This document shows positions 1-10,059 of a stretch of DNA of 64,000 nucleotides, in pieces. Within the stretch, counting starts at the first letter, position 1, and the number at the start of each line of letters is the position of its first letter. The stretch is from Limisphaerales bacterium (GTDB lineage Bacteria > Verrucomicrobiota > Verrucomicrobiia > Limisphaerales > SIBE01). The DNA lies in contig JBGAIN010000006.1 in the NCBI GenBank assembly GCA_044225505.1, positions 1 to 64,000 on the forward strand, in the 5' to 3' direction. Made by a program: the position numbers and the translations under genes. A model generated the notes under the pieces. It was given only the letters and a program-made list of their open reading frames with translations. It was not told where the DNA came from and did no database searches.

Positions 1-2
1 TC

Positions 3-494
3 AAGGAACGTAAACATAACCTCACCGGTAAAGTCGAAAAAGTGGGCATTGACGATGCGTGTGCGTTTCTGGCCCGCTTTAGCAACGGGTCCTTGGCAAC
101 ATTCGAGTCCACACGCTATGCCCGAGGGCATAAAGCTCTCTACACCTTCGAGGTCAACGGCGAGAATGCCTCGCTCTTCTGGGATCTACACGATCTCCAT
201 CGATTGCAATGGTTCGACCACAAAGACGATGGCAAACTTCGCGGCTGGCGTTCCGTTCATGTGACCGATCATGGAGGTGGTCACCCCTACATGGACAAGT
301 GGTGGGTGCCCGGGCTGCAAATCGGCTATGAACATAGCTTCGTGCATCAAGTCGCTGACTTCCTCAAGAGTCTCGAAACGGGCAAACCCGCCGGACCCAC
401 GTTCAAAGATGCCTTGGAAACGCAGTACGTCTGTGACGCCGTGCTGAAGTCGGCTGAGTCCGGGCGATGGCAGAAAGTGAAGAAGCTTAAGTGA
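3..494 (+). CDS. Gfo/Idh/MocA family oxidoreductase, C-terminal part (5' truncated by window)
   Basis: Frame open from window start ([29 protein letters not shown]...); C-terminal [20 protein letters not shown] typical of this family. Confidence 0.85.
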   Translation, partial: KERKHNLTGKVEKVGIDDACAFLARFSNGSLATFESTRYARGHKALYTFEVNGENASLFWDLHDLHRLQWFDHKDDGKLRGWRSVHVTDHGGGHPYMDKWWVPGLQIGYEHSFVHQVADFLKSLETGKPAGPTFKDALETQYVCDAVLKSAESGRWQKVKKLK

Positions 495-584
495 TCTCCC
501 AACAGCAGCTAGATGCAGATTTACTGAATCTCTTTGACGCCGCCGTCGTCTTTTACAATGCTTTAAAGCAACCAGTTCTACATT

Positions 585-1016
585 ATGTCGAAAAACTCAA
601 AGTTGTTTGCTGTCAGTCTCATCGCCGGGATCACGGTAGTGCTCTCAGGTAGTCGCGCTGCGGATAGCAAAAAGGTTGATATGGCTAAAGTGCCTCCTGC
701 TTCTGCGAAGAAAGGGGTCACCTTCGACGGAGATATCAAACCAATCCTCGATAAATCCTGCGCCAAATGCCATGGCGGCGATAAGCCCAAGGGCAAATAC
801 CGCGTCGACACGGCCGCGAATTTCATTAAAGGCGGGGAGAGCGGCGATCCTGTCGTCGTCGCTGGGCATAGCGATAAAAGCGCTGTGATCCATTACGTTT
901 CGGATGCCGTGGAGGAAATGGAAATGCCGCCGTTGGACAAACGTGACAAGTACCCGGTGTTGACCAAAGAGCAGATCGGCCTTCTCCGCGCCTGGATCGA
1001 TCAAGGCGCTAAGTAA
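585..1016 (+). CDS. Secreted planctomycete-type cytochrome c domain protein
   Basis: Signal peptide, haem motif CAKCH after IKPIL, distal MPP, and LLRAWIDQGA end. Confidence 0.85.
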   Translation: MSKNSKLFAVSLIAGITVVLSGSRAADSKKVDMAKVPPASAKKGVTFDGDIKPILDKSCAKCHGGDKPKGKYRVDTAANFIKGGESGDPVVVAGHSDKSAVIHYVSDAVEEMEMPPLDKRDKYPVLTKEQIGLLRAWIDQGAK

Positions 1017-1038
1017 TTCTCAGTTCGAATGTTAGGCA

Positions 1039-1090
1039 CCGCCTGGGATTTTCAGGCGGGCACCAGGATCATGCCCGGACTTCCGGGCGT
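1039..1090 (+). terminator. Two adjacent GC-rich hairpins after the cytochrome gene
   Basis: ccgcctg-ggatttt-caggcgg (1039-1059) and gcccgg-actt-ccgggc (1073-1088), then a pyrimidine tract. Confidence 0.4.
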
Positions 1091-1281
1091 GATTCCCTTC
1101 TCTCTTCCCTGAAGGCTGTTGTCCAGGGCTTTCCCCGATAGACTGGCGATGTTTTGACATCGTCCGATGAGCCGCTAGGTTGGATCCCGCGCCCTGGCGG
1201 GGCTAAGGCTAGCCCCAGGCTACTGTGACGGCAACTCTTGGGTTCTTGTGTCCGGCAGTAATCGGTTCGGGGCGATGCACT

Positions 1282-4092
1282 ATGAGCGAAGTGACCTTGC
1301 CCGGCATGATGAACGTCCCTTTCGTCGAGGGACTCTTCGAGGAATTTCGTAAGGATCCGGCTTCGGTGCCGCCCGAATGGAAAGAGGTCTTTCAGCGATG
1401 GGAAAATGGAGTGTCGCCCGATTCCATTCGCGGTTCCTTGGCCGAGAGCGACGTTGGAGCTCCGGTGAACCGTTCGCCTAGCGCGCGCCGCGCGCGCTCC
1501 GAGGTGCGAGCAATCGGCGCTCAAGACCGGGTTGACCAGCTCATCCGCGTCTACCGCATGCGCGGTCATATTATCGCTCAAATCGATCCTCTCGGTTTTA
1601 CCCGACCTTCGCCGCCCGAGCTGGATCCTGAATTCTACGGACTAAGTGAGGCGGACATGGATCGGCCTTTCTCCTGCGAAACCCTTTACAGCGACGGGCC
1701 GCTCACGCTCCGCCAAATCCTCGATCGACTGCGCAATACTTACTGCCGCTTCATTGGCGTTGAGTATATGCATATCGACGACCTCCGCGTGCGCCGATGG
1801 CTGCGCAAACGAATGGAGCCAACGGAAAATCGCATCCAATTAACTCGCGACGAACAGATTCGAATTCTGACTCGCTTGACCGATGCCGTCACTTTCGAAG
1901 AGTTTATTCGAAAGAAGTTCATTGGCGCTAAGAGCTTTTCTCTGGAGGGGTCCGAGAGCTTGATTCCTTTGCTTGATTTGGCGATCGAGAAAGCGGCCGA
2001 GCAGGGGATCCGGGAAATTGTTATGGGAATGGCCCACCGCGGCCGACTCAATGTCCTAGCCAATATTGTCGGAAAGAGTCCGCGGCAAATCTTCCGCGAA
2101 TTCGAAGATGCCGATCCGGAATTATATACCGGACGTGGCGATGTGAAGTATCACTTGGGCTACCGTGGCCGTTGGGAAACGTCCGCCGGCCAACGGCTGA
2201 ACCTTTACATGTGCTTTAATCCGAGCCATCTGGAATTTGTGAATCCCGTGGCTTTAGGCCGTATGCGCGCGAAGCTAGACCGTCTGGGAGACACGCAGCA
2301 TGATCAGGGGTTGGTCATCCTCATCCACGGCGATGCGGCTTTTGCCGGCCAAGGGGTAGTGCAAGAAACCCTCAATCTGAGCCAGCTCCCTTCCTACTCG
2401 GTTGGCGGAACGTTGCATGTCGTGGTCAATAATCAGATCGGATTTACCACCTCGCCTCGCGAAGGCCGCTCAAGCCTCTACGCAACCGACGTGGCTAAGA
2501 TGCTTCAGGTTCCGATCTTTCACGTGAATGGAGAACATCCGGAATCCGTCGCTCAAGTCGTCCGCCTCTGCATGGATTTTCGCAAAGAATTCCGGCGCGA
2601 TGTCGTCATCGACATGTATGGCTACCGGCGTTTAGGCCACAACGAAGGGGATGAACCCTCGTTCACCCAACCCGTACTCTACCGAGCAATTGAAGCTCGG
2701 AAGCCCGTGCGTGAAGGTTACCTCGATCACCTCCTGAAAATGAACGGCGTCACGCGGGACGAGGCCGATCAAATCGCGGAACGACGGCGTGCCAATCTAG
2801 AACGAGAATTGTCCGAAGCGCGAAGCCAATCGTATCGGCCGCCGCTTAAGGAACTCGAAGGAAGTTGGCGCGGCTACGTCGGTGGCCCGGAGGCCGATGT
2901 TCCGGAAGCAGCGACCGGGCTGCCCAAAGAGAAGCTCATGGCGCTCCTGGAGAAACAAACGCAACTGCCCGATGACTTCAGTCCGCATCCTAAGATCAAA
3001 CGTCTGCTCGAGGCGCGGCTCGCCATGGCACGAGGAGAACAGCCGCTCGACTGGTCCGCGGGAGAAGCGCTGGCGTTCGCCACGCTTGCGATGGAGCGTT
3101 GGAAAATACGCCTTGCTGGTCAAGATGTAGAACGCGGCACGTTCAGTCACCGGCACGCCGTTTTGCATGACTACCAAGACGGCCACATCTACGTGCCGCT
3201 GCAGCACTTAGGCCCCAAACAAGCGCCTGTGCAAATTGCCAACAGCCCGCTTTCAGAGATCGGGGCCATGGGCTTCGAGTATGGCTATAGTCTCGATTGG
3301 CCAGACGGACTCGTCGCTTGGGAAGCGCAATTTGGCGATTTTTGGAATGTCGCCCAGGTGATCGTCGACCAGTTTATCGTCAGCGCCGAGGATAAGTGGC
3401 GGCGTCTCAGCGGGCTGGTCCTTTTACTTCCACACGGATTTGAAGGTCAGGGTCCGGAGCATTCCAGCGCCCGACTCGAGCGGTTTCTCGCTCTGGCCGC
3501 CGAAGATAACATCCAGGTGGCCTATCCGACCACGCCCGCCCAATACTTTCATCTGTTGCGCCGGCAGGTCGTTCGACGCTGGCGTAAGCCGCTTGTAGTC
3601 ATGACGCCCAAAAGTTTGCTGCGGCATCCGCAAGCGGTCTCACGCTTCGAGCAGCTCGCCGAGGGAACGTTTCAACGAGTGCTCCCGGATGCATTGCCCG
3701 GCCGGACCAAACCCGTTTCGCTCATCATTCTGTGCACCGGGAAAATATATTACGAACTGCATAAATACCGACACGACACCGGCGCGGACGACGTCGCGAT
3801 CTTGAGGCTCGAACAGATCTATCCTCTCGACCTGAAAGTGCTGGAGGCCGCGTTCGCTTCCTACTCAGAGAAGACACCGGTCCGTTGGGTGCAGGAAGAA
3901 CCCGAAAACATGGGCGCGTGGCGTTACCTCCGATTAAACTTTGGCGAATCAATCCTCGGACGCTTCCCGTTTTCCGGGATCTCACGTCCCGCCTCCGCGA
4001 GTCCTGCCACTGGCTCGCATAATGCCCATAAAATCGAGCAAGAACGGCTCTTGGAAGCTGCTTTTTCCAAGCGGAAAAAAGGAGATTTGTGA
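1282..4092 (+). CDS. sucA: 2-oxoglutarate dehydrogenase E1 component
   Basis: GMAHRGRLN, GDVKYHLG, HGDAAF TPP motif, WEAQFGDF, EGQGPEHSSARLER; ATG 1282 preferred over GTG 1225. Confidence 0.97.
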   Translation: MSEVTLPGMMNVPFVEGLFEEFRKDPASVPPEWKEVFQRWENGVSPDSIRGSLAESDVGAPVNRSPSARRARSEVRAIGAQDRVDQLIRVYRMRGHIIAQIDPLGFTRPSPPELDPEFYGLSEADMDRPFSCETLYSDGPLTLRQILDRLRNTYCRFIGVEYMHIDDLRVRRWLRKRMEPTENRIQLTRDEQIRILTRLTDAVTFEEFIRKKFIGAKSFSLEGSESLIPLLDLAIEKAAEQGIREIVMGMAHRGRLNVLANIVGKSPRQIFREFEDADPELYTGRGDVKYHLGYRGRWETSAGQRLNLYMCFNPSHLEFVNPVALGRMRAKLDRLGDTQHDQGLVILIHGDAAFAGQGVVQETLNLSQLPSYSVGGTLHVVVNNQIGFTTSPREGRSSLYATDVAKMLQVPIFHVNGEHPESVAQVVRLCMDFRKEFRRDVVIDMYGYRRLGHNEGDEPSFTQPVLYRAIEARKPVREGYLDHLLKMNGVTRDEADQIAERRRANLERELSEARSQSYRPPLKELEGSWRGYVGGPEADVPEAATGLPKEKLMALLEKQTQLPDDFSPHPKIKRLLEARLAMARGEQPLDWSAGEALAFATLAMERWKIRLAGQDVERGTFSHRHAVLHDYQDGHIYVPLQHLGPKQAPVQIANSPLSEIGAMGFEYGYSLDWPDGLVAWEAQFGDFWNVAQVIVDQFIVSAEDKWRRLSGLVLLLPHGFEGQGPEHSSARLERFLALAAEDNIQVAYPTTPAQYFHLLRRQVVRRWRKPLVVMTPKSLLRHPQAVSRFEQLAEGTFQRVLPDALPGRTKPVSLIILCTGKIYYELHKYRHDTGADDVAILRLEQIYPLDLKVLEAAFASYSEKTPVRWVQEEPENMGAWRYLRLNFGESILGRFPFSGISRPASASPATGSHNAHKIEQERLLEAAFSKRKKGDL

Positions 4093-4146
4093 GCTCATAC
4101 CCGTTTCAGCATCGGTCATCCCGCGGAGCGTCTCCCAAAGACTACT

Positions 4147-5415
4147 ATGCGAACTGAACTCAAAGTCCCGGCAGTCGGCGAATCCATCACCGAGGTCGAA
4201 ATTGGCGACTGGCGGAAAAACCCAGGCGACTTGGTCCAAAAGGATGAGCCCCTCGTGGTTTTGGAAAGTGAGAAAGCGACTGTCGAATTGCCCTCTCCAA
4301 CGGCGGGCGTTTTGGTCGACTTGCTTAAAAAGAAAGGAGAGACCGCGCGTATCGGCGAAGTGATCGGGCATTTGGACGCAGCCTCCGCAACTCCGACCAG
4401 TTCTGCGGAGAAAAAATCGGCTGATCCTGTTCCGACTCCATCTCCGGCTCCGGCTGCCGATCCCGCTGCCCGGGTCATGCCCGCGGCGCAACGCGTTTTG
4501 GCCGAGCACGGCCTCAAAGCCCAGGATGTTCCCGCTTCGGGCCCTGGCGGACGCCTTTTGAAAGAAGATGTGCTTCGCCATTTGGAGGCCGTCCCCGTTC
4601 CAACCGAACGCAGTCTGCCTCCCAAGGTTCCCGCTCCTGAACCGCCCGCTGCTAAACCCTTGGCTTCTCCTGCACCACCCGTTTCAGATTCACGCTCTCG
4701 GACCAACACCACCGACCGTGCCGAGGAAGTTGTTCCCATGTCTCGCCTGCGGCGGACCGTTGCCGAACGCTTGGTCCAGGCTCAGCACAATGCTGCCCTT
4801 TTGACGACCTTCAACGAGATCGACATGTCTGCCGTTTCGGCCCTGCGCAAGGAGTCCGGCGAAGCGTTCCAAGCGCGTTATGGGGTCAAACTCGGCTTTA
4901 TGTCCTTTTTCGTAAAAGCGGTTACTGATGCATTGACGCTGGTTCCCCAGATCAATGCGTCCATTCGCGGACAAGAGATCGTCTACTACAAGTATTGCGA
5001 CATTGGTGTCGCCATCGGCGGCGGAAAAGGCTTGGTTGTCCCTGTCCTGCGCAACGCTGGCGTCATGAGCTTTGCCCAGATCGAACTGGTGATCGCCGAT
5101 TTCGCGAAACGGGCGCGTGAGAACAAGCTTTTGCCTGATGAACTGCAAGGCGGAACGTTCACGATCAGCAATGGCGGCGTTTACGGGTCTCTTCTGTCCA
5201 CTCCCATTGTCAACCCACCCCAGAGCGGCGTTCTTGGCATGCACACCATTCAAGAGCGGCCAGTGGCCCGGGAAGGGCAAGTGGTGATTCGTCCGATGAT
5301 GTACATCGCGCTGACTTACGATCATCGCCTGGTGGACGGTCGGGAAGCGGTAACCTTCCTCAAACGAGTTAAAGATGTGATCGAATCACCCGCGCGTTTG
5401 CTCCTCGGGATCTAG
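4147..5415 (+). CDS. sucB: Dihydrolipoamide succinyltransferase E2
   Basis: Lipoyl domain (ESEKA), E3-binding domain, [25 protein letters not shown]; follows sucA. Confidence 0.97.
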   Translation: MRTELKVPAVGESITEVEIGDWRKNPGDLVQKDEPLVVLESEKATVELPSPTAGVLVDLLKKKGETARIGEVIGHLDAASATPTSSAEKKSADPVPTPSPAPAADPAARVMPAAQRVLAEHGLKAQDVPASGPGGRLLKEDVLRHLEAVPVPTERSLPPKVPAPEPPAAKPLASPAPPVSDSRSRTNTTDRAEEVVPMSRLRRTVAERLVQAQHNAALLTTFNEIDMSAVSALRKESGEAFQARYGVKLGFMSFFVKAVTDALTLVPQINASIRGQEIVYYKYCDIGVAIGGGKGLVVPVLRNAGVMSFAQIELVIADFAKRARENKLLPDELQGGTFTISNGGVYGSLLSTPIVNPPQSGVLGMHTIQERPVAREGQVVIRPMMYIALTYDHRLVDGREAVTFLKRVKDVIESPARLLLGI

Positions 5416-5859
5416 AGCAGTTGCTTCAATAGTCTCTGACGACTCTCCGGCGATCACACTGAGACGAAAGCAGCCTTGGTGCTTCGCGAGATTACTGAGC
5501 TCGGCGTTCGAGCACCGGTGCTCAGAACCGAGTCTCGTTGATAAGCCGATTAGGTGCAGCTTGTTAGACATTTCAGGACCGTTATCGCTGCGCAGCGTTC
5601 AACCGCTCCTTGAATCAGGGCGTAGTAAGGCTTCCAACGCTCAGATTCATGTAATCTGAACGGCGTGCACGGGAAAATTATTCCACCCATCGGAACTGCA
5701 CTCTACTTGTTTCAAGGTCTTGATTCGGCAGAAGCTCACACGAGGCGGGTCCAAGAGCTTTCTCTGGTTTGATAGAAGAATGGGCGATGCGTGATAAAGA
5801 CAAAACCGATCGACCATCCAAAACATTGGTGGTCTCCGTGCATGGGAAGTGAACGCGTG

Positions 5860-5885
5860 TGTAACTTCACGACTTGGACGGCGGA
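5860..5885 (+). promoter_or_regulatory. Putative ECF-type promoter TGTAAC-N15-GCGGA, copy 1
   Basis: tgtaac ttcacgacttggacg gcgga, ~75 nt upstream of ATG 5960; same motif and spacing at 8825 and 14795. Confidence 0.65.
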
Positions 5886-5959
5886 TGAAGAGGTGCTGCC
5901 GGGTCTGTCTACGATCTCACGGATCTGGACTCGGCGGGAAACCTATATCACCGACGACC

Positions 5960-8650
5960 ATGAAGAACTTGATACGCGCCTTGATCGCTCTCTGTGCCGG
6001 CACGATCGCCGCCCAAGCACATTTGCTCGAACGACGACCGAACGAATCGATCCTCCGCTGCGATGGCGCGCCGATCCGCCTGATCGGCTATGGAGATTAC
6101 GGAATTCTCACCGAGGCAGAGTTCGACTACACACGTTTCTTGGATGAGTTGGCGCGGCGGCGCTTGAACTTCTTCCGTGTTTGGATCAACTACCATTGGA
6201 CGAAGAGCTTATCGCCGTTCCTAAAACTGCCCGGCGGGAAGTTCGATCTGACCCGTTACGATCCCTCCTTTTTTGAGCGGTTGCGCAATCTGGCGCGCGC
6301 CGCGGACGAGCGCGGCATCATCATTCAAGTCTGCCTGTTCGACGGCGTGGGTCAGGAGGCGAACGATCCACTGCGCTGGTCACAGTCCCCGTATCATCCC
6401 GCCAACAACATTAATGGATTGAGTCAGAGCCCGAGCGACTACAGCAAGAAACCGTCGCTGCTTTGGGCTCAAGTTCAGATGCCGCTGGTTGATCGGGTCG
6501 TCTCCGAGCTTGGAAGTCTGGGTAACATCGTCTACGAAGTGTGCAACGAGCCCGCGTCTTCAGATCCCAGAGTTTCGCAAGAGTTCGTTGAATCGGTGGC
6601 GGCAAGGTTGCGTGCTAAACTAGCAGGACGTCCCGGGAGCCAAGTCATTTCTGTCAATGCGGATTCGGGTGCCTTGATTTCGTGGGCCCAAGGCAGCTCG
6701 GCGGTCGATCTCCTTTCGTTCCATGTCAACGACAAGGACGTTAAATTCGATCCGCGCGTGAACCTAAAGAAGCCCGCGATCATTAGCAATGACGGCGATA
6801 GCTCGCAAATGACGGCGGATTTTCAGGGTCTTGCTGCTGGACCGCGTCTGGCGCGCACACAGCAATTACTCGGACGTACCTTCAACACGTCGACCGTGCT
6901 CGGACATTCGCACTTCGAGTTTCTGGACAAGGGAATCAATGGCTCGAGCTGGAAATCGAAGAATTACAACCCACGCGCTACGTTGATCAACCGTTCGATC
7001 CTGGATGTTCTCGCCTCCTGGCTCGTAAGGCCTGGACCCACTGCGCCTGAATCGCCGGTGAACGGTATTCGCCTTAGCCGCCAGGGCCCTGACGTTCGTT
7101 ACGTAGACATGGTGACGGGACGCGTTCGGCTCCGGTTCGATACCTACTACGGCGGCGCGCCTCTGGAGTGGTACGTGAACCAAAACGGCCAAGAGACCGA
7201 GTTGCTTTCGCCGCCGCCGAAGGCCGGAACAGGCTTTCAGCTCGTTTATGAAACAGGTCAGGACGCGACGCAGGCGAGCGCAAATGGCATCACCCCGTTT
7301 CGCATCGCGCGGACGGTCGATCCGGTGGACGTCCTGAACCAGAACAATTACTACTGCCGAGAGGTGTTGCCTGCAGAATGGCCGAGCGGCTGCAATTACT
7401 ACCGGGTCGTTGGCTTTGCGCCTTTCTTTTGGGCGTCGCTCGATGCGATCGACGACGCCTACCCTCCATTCACGCGCTCATTGCCGGTGGGGATTGATCC
7501 GCATACTGAGCAAAGTGGCTGGATGACAAGTCGGCCGGGAATAGCGGATGCCGGCGTGCCTCTTTGGTTTCGGTCGCAGCCGGGCAAACCTGCTGGGATT
7601 GTGATGATCGGCAACGAAATGAAACCGGTGGGAAGTGCATCCTGGAACCGCCGCCTCCTGGAGATCCCGGAGGGCCGCTTCGCTTGCCGAATTCGGGTTG
7701 GCTTTGGCGAAACCACAGCAGGAGCGATTGCTGGAATCATGTTCCGTCGGCAGGTCCCAGTTCGTGAGGATGCAAACATCGATGATGCCTATGCGGCGCC
7801 GGGATACACCTTGTATGTAAACTACGCGGGCGACTTGGAGATCATCCGCGTACAGGGCGGGCAAGATCGAGTTTGGAAAGGCCAGTTGAGCAATGCGTCA
7901 CGAGCGCTGCTTCGGTCCGCGTCCGGGACGCAATTGGAGCTTCGAACACACAACGCCATGCCCGGTCGCGTCGAGATTTACGCGGACCACGTGGCCTTGG
8001 GTGTGTATAACGACCCACAACCTATTCTTGGGCCACATTTTGGGCTGTTCGCTACCGCGCCCGCCAACACGTTCATCCGGTTTGCAGAACGTGAGGTATT
8101 TGACGTGGGGACAGAGTTTCAGTCCACGGTCACCGCGCTGCCTGACGGCGTGCTGGAAACAGAGATGATCCTCCGACCGGCTCCGGGCGTGACTTCGAGC
8201 CGCTCGTACTACCGGGTCGTGAACAGTGCGTTCTTGAGCAGTCGGCCGGACTATCTCGCGCAGATAGCCACTGAATCCCCTGCCGGTCAGATACTAGCCG
8301 CCCGGACGGACGGCATGTTCGCGCCCCGGTTGTTGAGCTCGCAGGGCACGATCGTCTTTGGCCCGCCCGCGCCCGCCGACGCCTACGGCCTGTGGGTGGG
8401 GCAACCAGAGGGAAGTGTTGGACTTTACTGCGTCCCCATGGATGCGCAAATCGACGGAAGACCTGCGCCTGGTCCCCACGCGTTGTTGGGCTCGCATAAT
8501 GTCTGTTCGGGTTGTTCCGCGGTGCCTCATCCGGGTTCTATCTTGCATATCAATGCCTTGGACTTTTCAAACAATGCCACGCCACAGCCGGCGTCCAGCG
8601 TTCTCTTGCGCGCTCGCTGGGCGACACAACGCCTGCAGCCCGTGCGATGA
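5960..8650 (+). CDS. Secreted protein with N-terminal clan-A (GH5-like) TIM barrel and unknown beta-rich C-terminal domains
   Basis: Signal peptide MKNLIRALIALCAG...AQA; motifs FFRVW, FFERLR...ADERGIIIQVCLFD, YEVCNEP, SFH, KKPAII. Confidence 0.6.
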   Translation: MKNLIRALIALCAGTIAAQAHLLERRPNESILRCDGAPIRLIGYGDYGILTEAEFDYTRFLDELARRRLNFFRVWINYHWTKSLSPFLKLPGGKFDLTRYDPSFFERLRNLARAADERGIIIQVCLFDGVGQEANDPLRWSQSPYHPANNINGLSQSPSDYSKKPSLLWAQVQMPLVDRVVSELGSLGNIVYEVCNEPASSDPRVSQEFVESVAARLRAKLAGRPGSQVISVNADSGALISWAQGSSAVDLLSFHVNDKDVKFDPRVNLKKPAIISNDGDSSQMTADFQGLAAGPRLARTQQLLGRTFNTSTVLGHSHFEFLDKGINGSSWKSKNYNPRATLINRSILDVLASWLVRPGPTAPESPVNGIRLSRQGPDVRYVDMVTGRVRLRFDTYYGGAPLEWYVNQNGQETELLSPPPKAGTGFQLVYETGQDATQASANGITPFRIARTVDPVDVLNQNNYYCREVLPAEWPSGCNYYRVVGFAPFFWASLDAIDDAYPPFTRSLPVGIDPHTEQSGWMTSRPGIADAGVPLWFRSQPGKPAGIVMIGNEMKPVGSASWNRRLLEIPEGRFACRIRVGFGETTAGAIAGIMFRRQVPVREDANIDDAYAAPGYTLYVNYAGDLEIIRVQGGQDRVWKGQLSNASRALLRSASGTQLELRTHNAMPGRVEIYADHVALGVYNDPQPILGPHFGLFATAPANTFIRFAEREVFDVGTEFQSTVTALPDGVLETEMILRPAPGVTSSRSYYRVVNSAFLSSRPDYLAQIATESPAGQILAARTDGMFAPRLLSSQGTIVFGPPAPADAYGLWVGQPEGSVGLYCVPMDAQIDGRPAPGPHALLGSHNVCSGCSAVPHPGSILHINALDFSNNATPQPASSVLLRARWATQRLQPVR

Positions 8651-8704
8651 GCCTACCTGCTGAGCCGGACATGTAGAGACAGTCACAATCCGCTTGAGCC
8701 TTGT

Positions 8705-8745
8705 GAGGCTGCGTTCCTGAATGGGAGCCAGCCTCGCTTGCTTTT
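8705..8745 (+). terminator. Possible intrinsic terminator
   Basis: gaggctg...cagcctc stem (8705-8735) followed by T-rich gcttgctttt. Confidence 0.4.
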
Positions 8746-8824
8746 GATTTGATGCATCTGCGCGTGTTTTCGGTTGCCCGAGTCCTTGTAGCGGTTAGGG
8801 ACAGCGATTCATCGCGAACGCGTC

Positions 8825-8850
8825 TGTAACTTTGTCACACCGGTTGCGGA
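8825..8850 (+). promoter_or_regulatory. Putative ECF-type promoter TGTAAC-N15-GCGGA, copy 2
   Basis: tgtaac tttgtcacaccggtt gcgga; preceded by gaacgcgt as in copy 1; upstream of ATG 9025. Confidence 0.65.
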
Positions 8851-9024
8851 GAAGGGAGTGTTCCGGAATGGGGTTCAGCCAGTCACAAACGAGCCGTTCT
8901 CCAAACCGCTGGAATACGCTCCGAGACAGCGTTCCTGGCCAACCCGGCGACAAGTGAAGAGCGTCGGTGGTCAGCCCAATCACGGCGATGGAACTCGGCC
9001 CATCGCCTACTAACAAGCAACAAC

Positions 9025-9999
9025 ATGAACGATAGAACTATCCACAACGCGCGCAGAATCGGACTAGCCGCCCTGTGCGCACTTAACCTAGCCCTCGGCG
9101 CCAACCATGCGACGGCGGGAAACTCAAGCGTCGTTTTAAAGTCAAAAGCGAATGTGCCGTCATCGGAGCTCAAGTGGTGGAAGAGCCAGTCTGGCATTCT
9201 CGTGAACAATATCGACGCCCAGCTGCTCCTCGACTATCTCAATCACGACTCTAAGTGGCAGATAGGGCCACTGCAGCCCCGCGGGTTTAATTTTGTCCGG
9301 GATCAGGCAAGCCTGGAGAAGATTCTGGCGAAGGGAGTTGACGGGAATGCGGCATTTGGGGTGGCCACCAAAATTGACGTATTTCAAGACGGGCGCAGTC
9401 GAGGGAGCCGCTCCCTGACACCGTATGTGTTCGCGTGCCTGCCTTCACGGAATGCAAAAGGATACTCTGCGATTCTCGTCAGCGGACGAGATCTGAACAC
9501 CGGGTATTGGTGGACTCGCGCCATCGTCCTCGAAGGCGAAGACGGCAATCGCCTGAACATTCACGAATACGCCATTTGGGGCGGCAGTGTGACGCGTACG
9601 TCGTACAAAAAGGGCGAAACATTCTTGCTCCAGGCGATCACCACGGCGGCAGGCAAGACCAAGACGGCGTTCGAACGAGAAACGATGCCCCGTATGCAGC
9701 GCTCGCGCGACATGTTTCAGCAGGCCAAAGAGTTCTTGATTAATGACCCCAATTCGTCGGTGAACGTGAATTGCGCGAGTTCGTCTCAATTGGCGACCTC
9801 GAAGCAAGAGCCTTGGTGGAAGAAAATACTCAACCAAGCACTCCACGAGCTATGGAAAGCTTTGCAGGATTACGGCAAAAAGTTGCTGGATGACCTGTGG
9901 GAATACGTAAAAAACAACTTCGGCCCTCTCCGACAGCTGGGTGATTGGTTTTCCAGTTTGCTGGGAGGGATTCGTGATTGGTTTAAAGGACTGTTTTGA
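9025..9999 (+). CDS. Secreted hypothetical protein with Trp-rich amphipathic helical C-terminus
   Basis: Signal peptide ending ATA; C-terminus WWKKILNQALHELWKALQDYGKKLLDDLWEYVK...WFKGLF. Confidence 0.75.
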   Translation: MNDRTIHNARRIGLAALCALNLALGANHATAGNSSVVLKSKANVPSSELKWWKSQSGILVNNIDAQLLLDYLNHDSKWQIGPLQPRGFNFVRDQASLEKILAKGVDGNAAFGVATKIDVFQDGRSRGSRSLTPYVFACLPSRNAKGYSAILVSGRDLNTGYWWTRAIVLEGEDGNRLNIHEYAIWGGSVTRTSYKKGETFLLQAITTAAGKTKTAFERETMPRMQRSRDMFQQAKEFLINDPNSSVNVNCASSSQLATSKQEPWWKKILNQALHELWKALQDYGKKLLDDLWEYVKNNFGPLRQLGDWFSSLLGGIRDWFKGLF

Positions 10000-10009
10000 T
10001 AGGCCAAAT

Positions 10010-10038
10010 GTTCGGAGGGGCGTCGGGCCTCTCCGAAC
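10010..10038 (+). other. Intercistronic hairpin
   Basis: gttcggaggggc-gtcgg-gcctctccgaac, 12-bp stem with one G-U, weak U tract. Confidence 0.45.
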
Positions 10039-10059
10039 CTTCCACTTAATCTGATAGAT

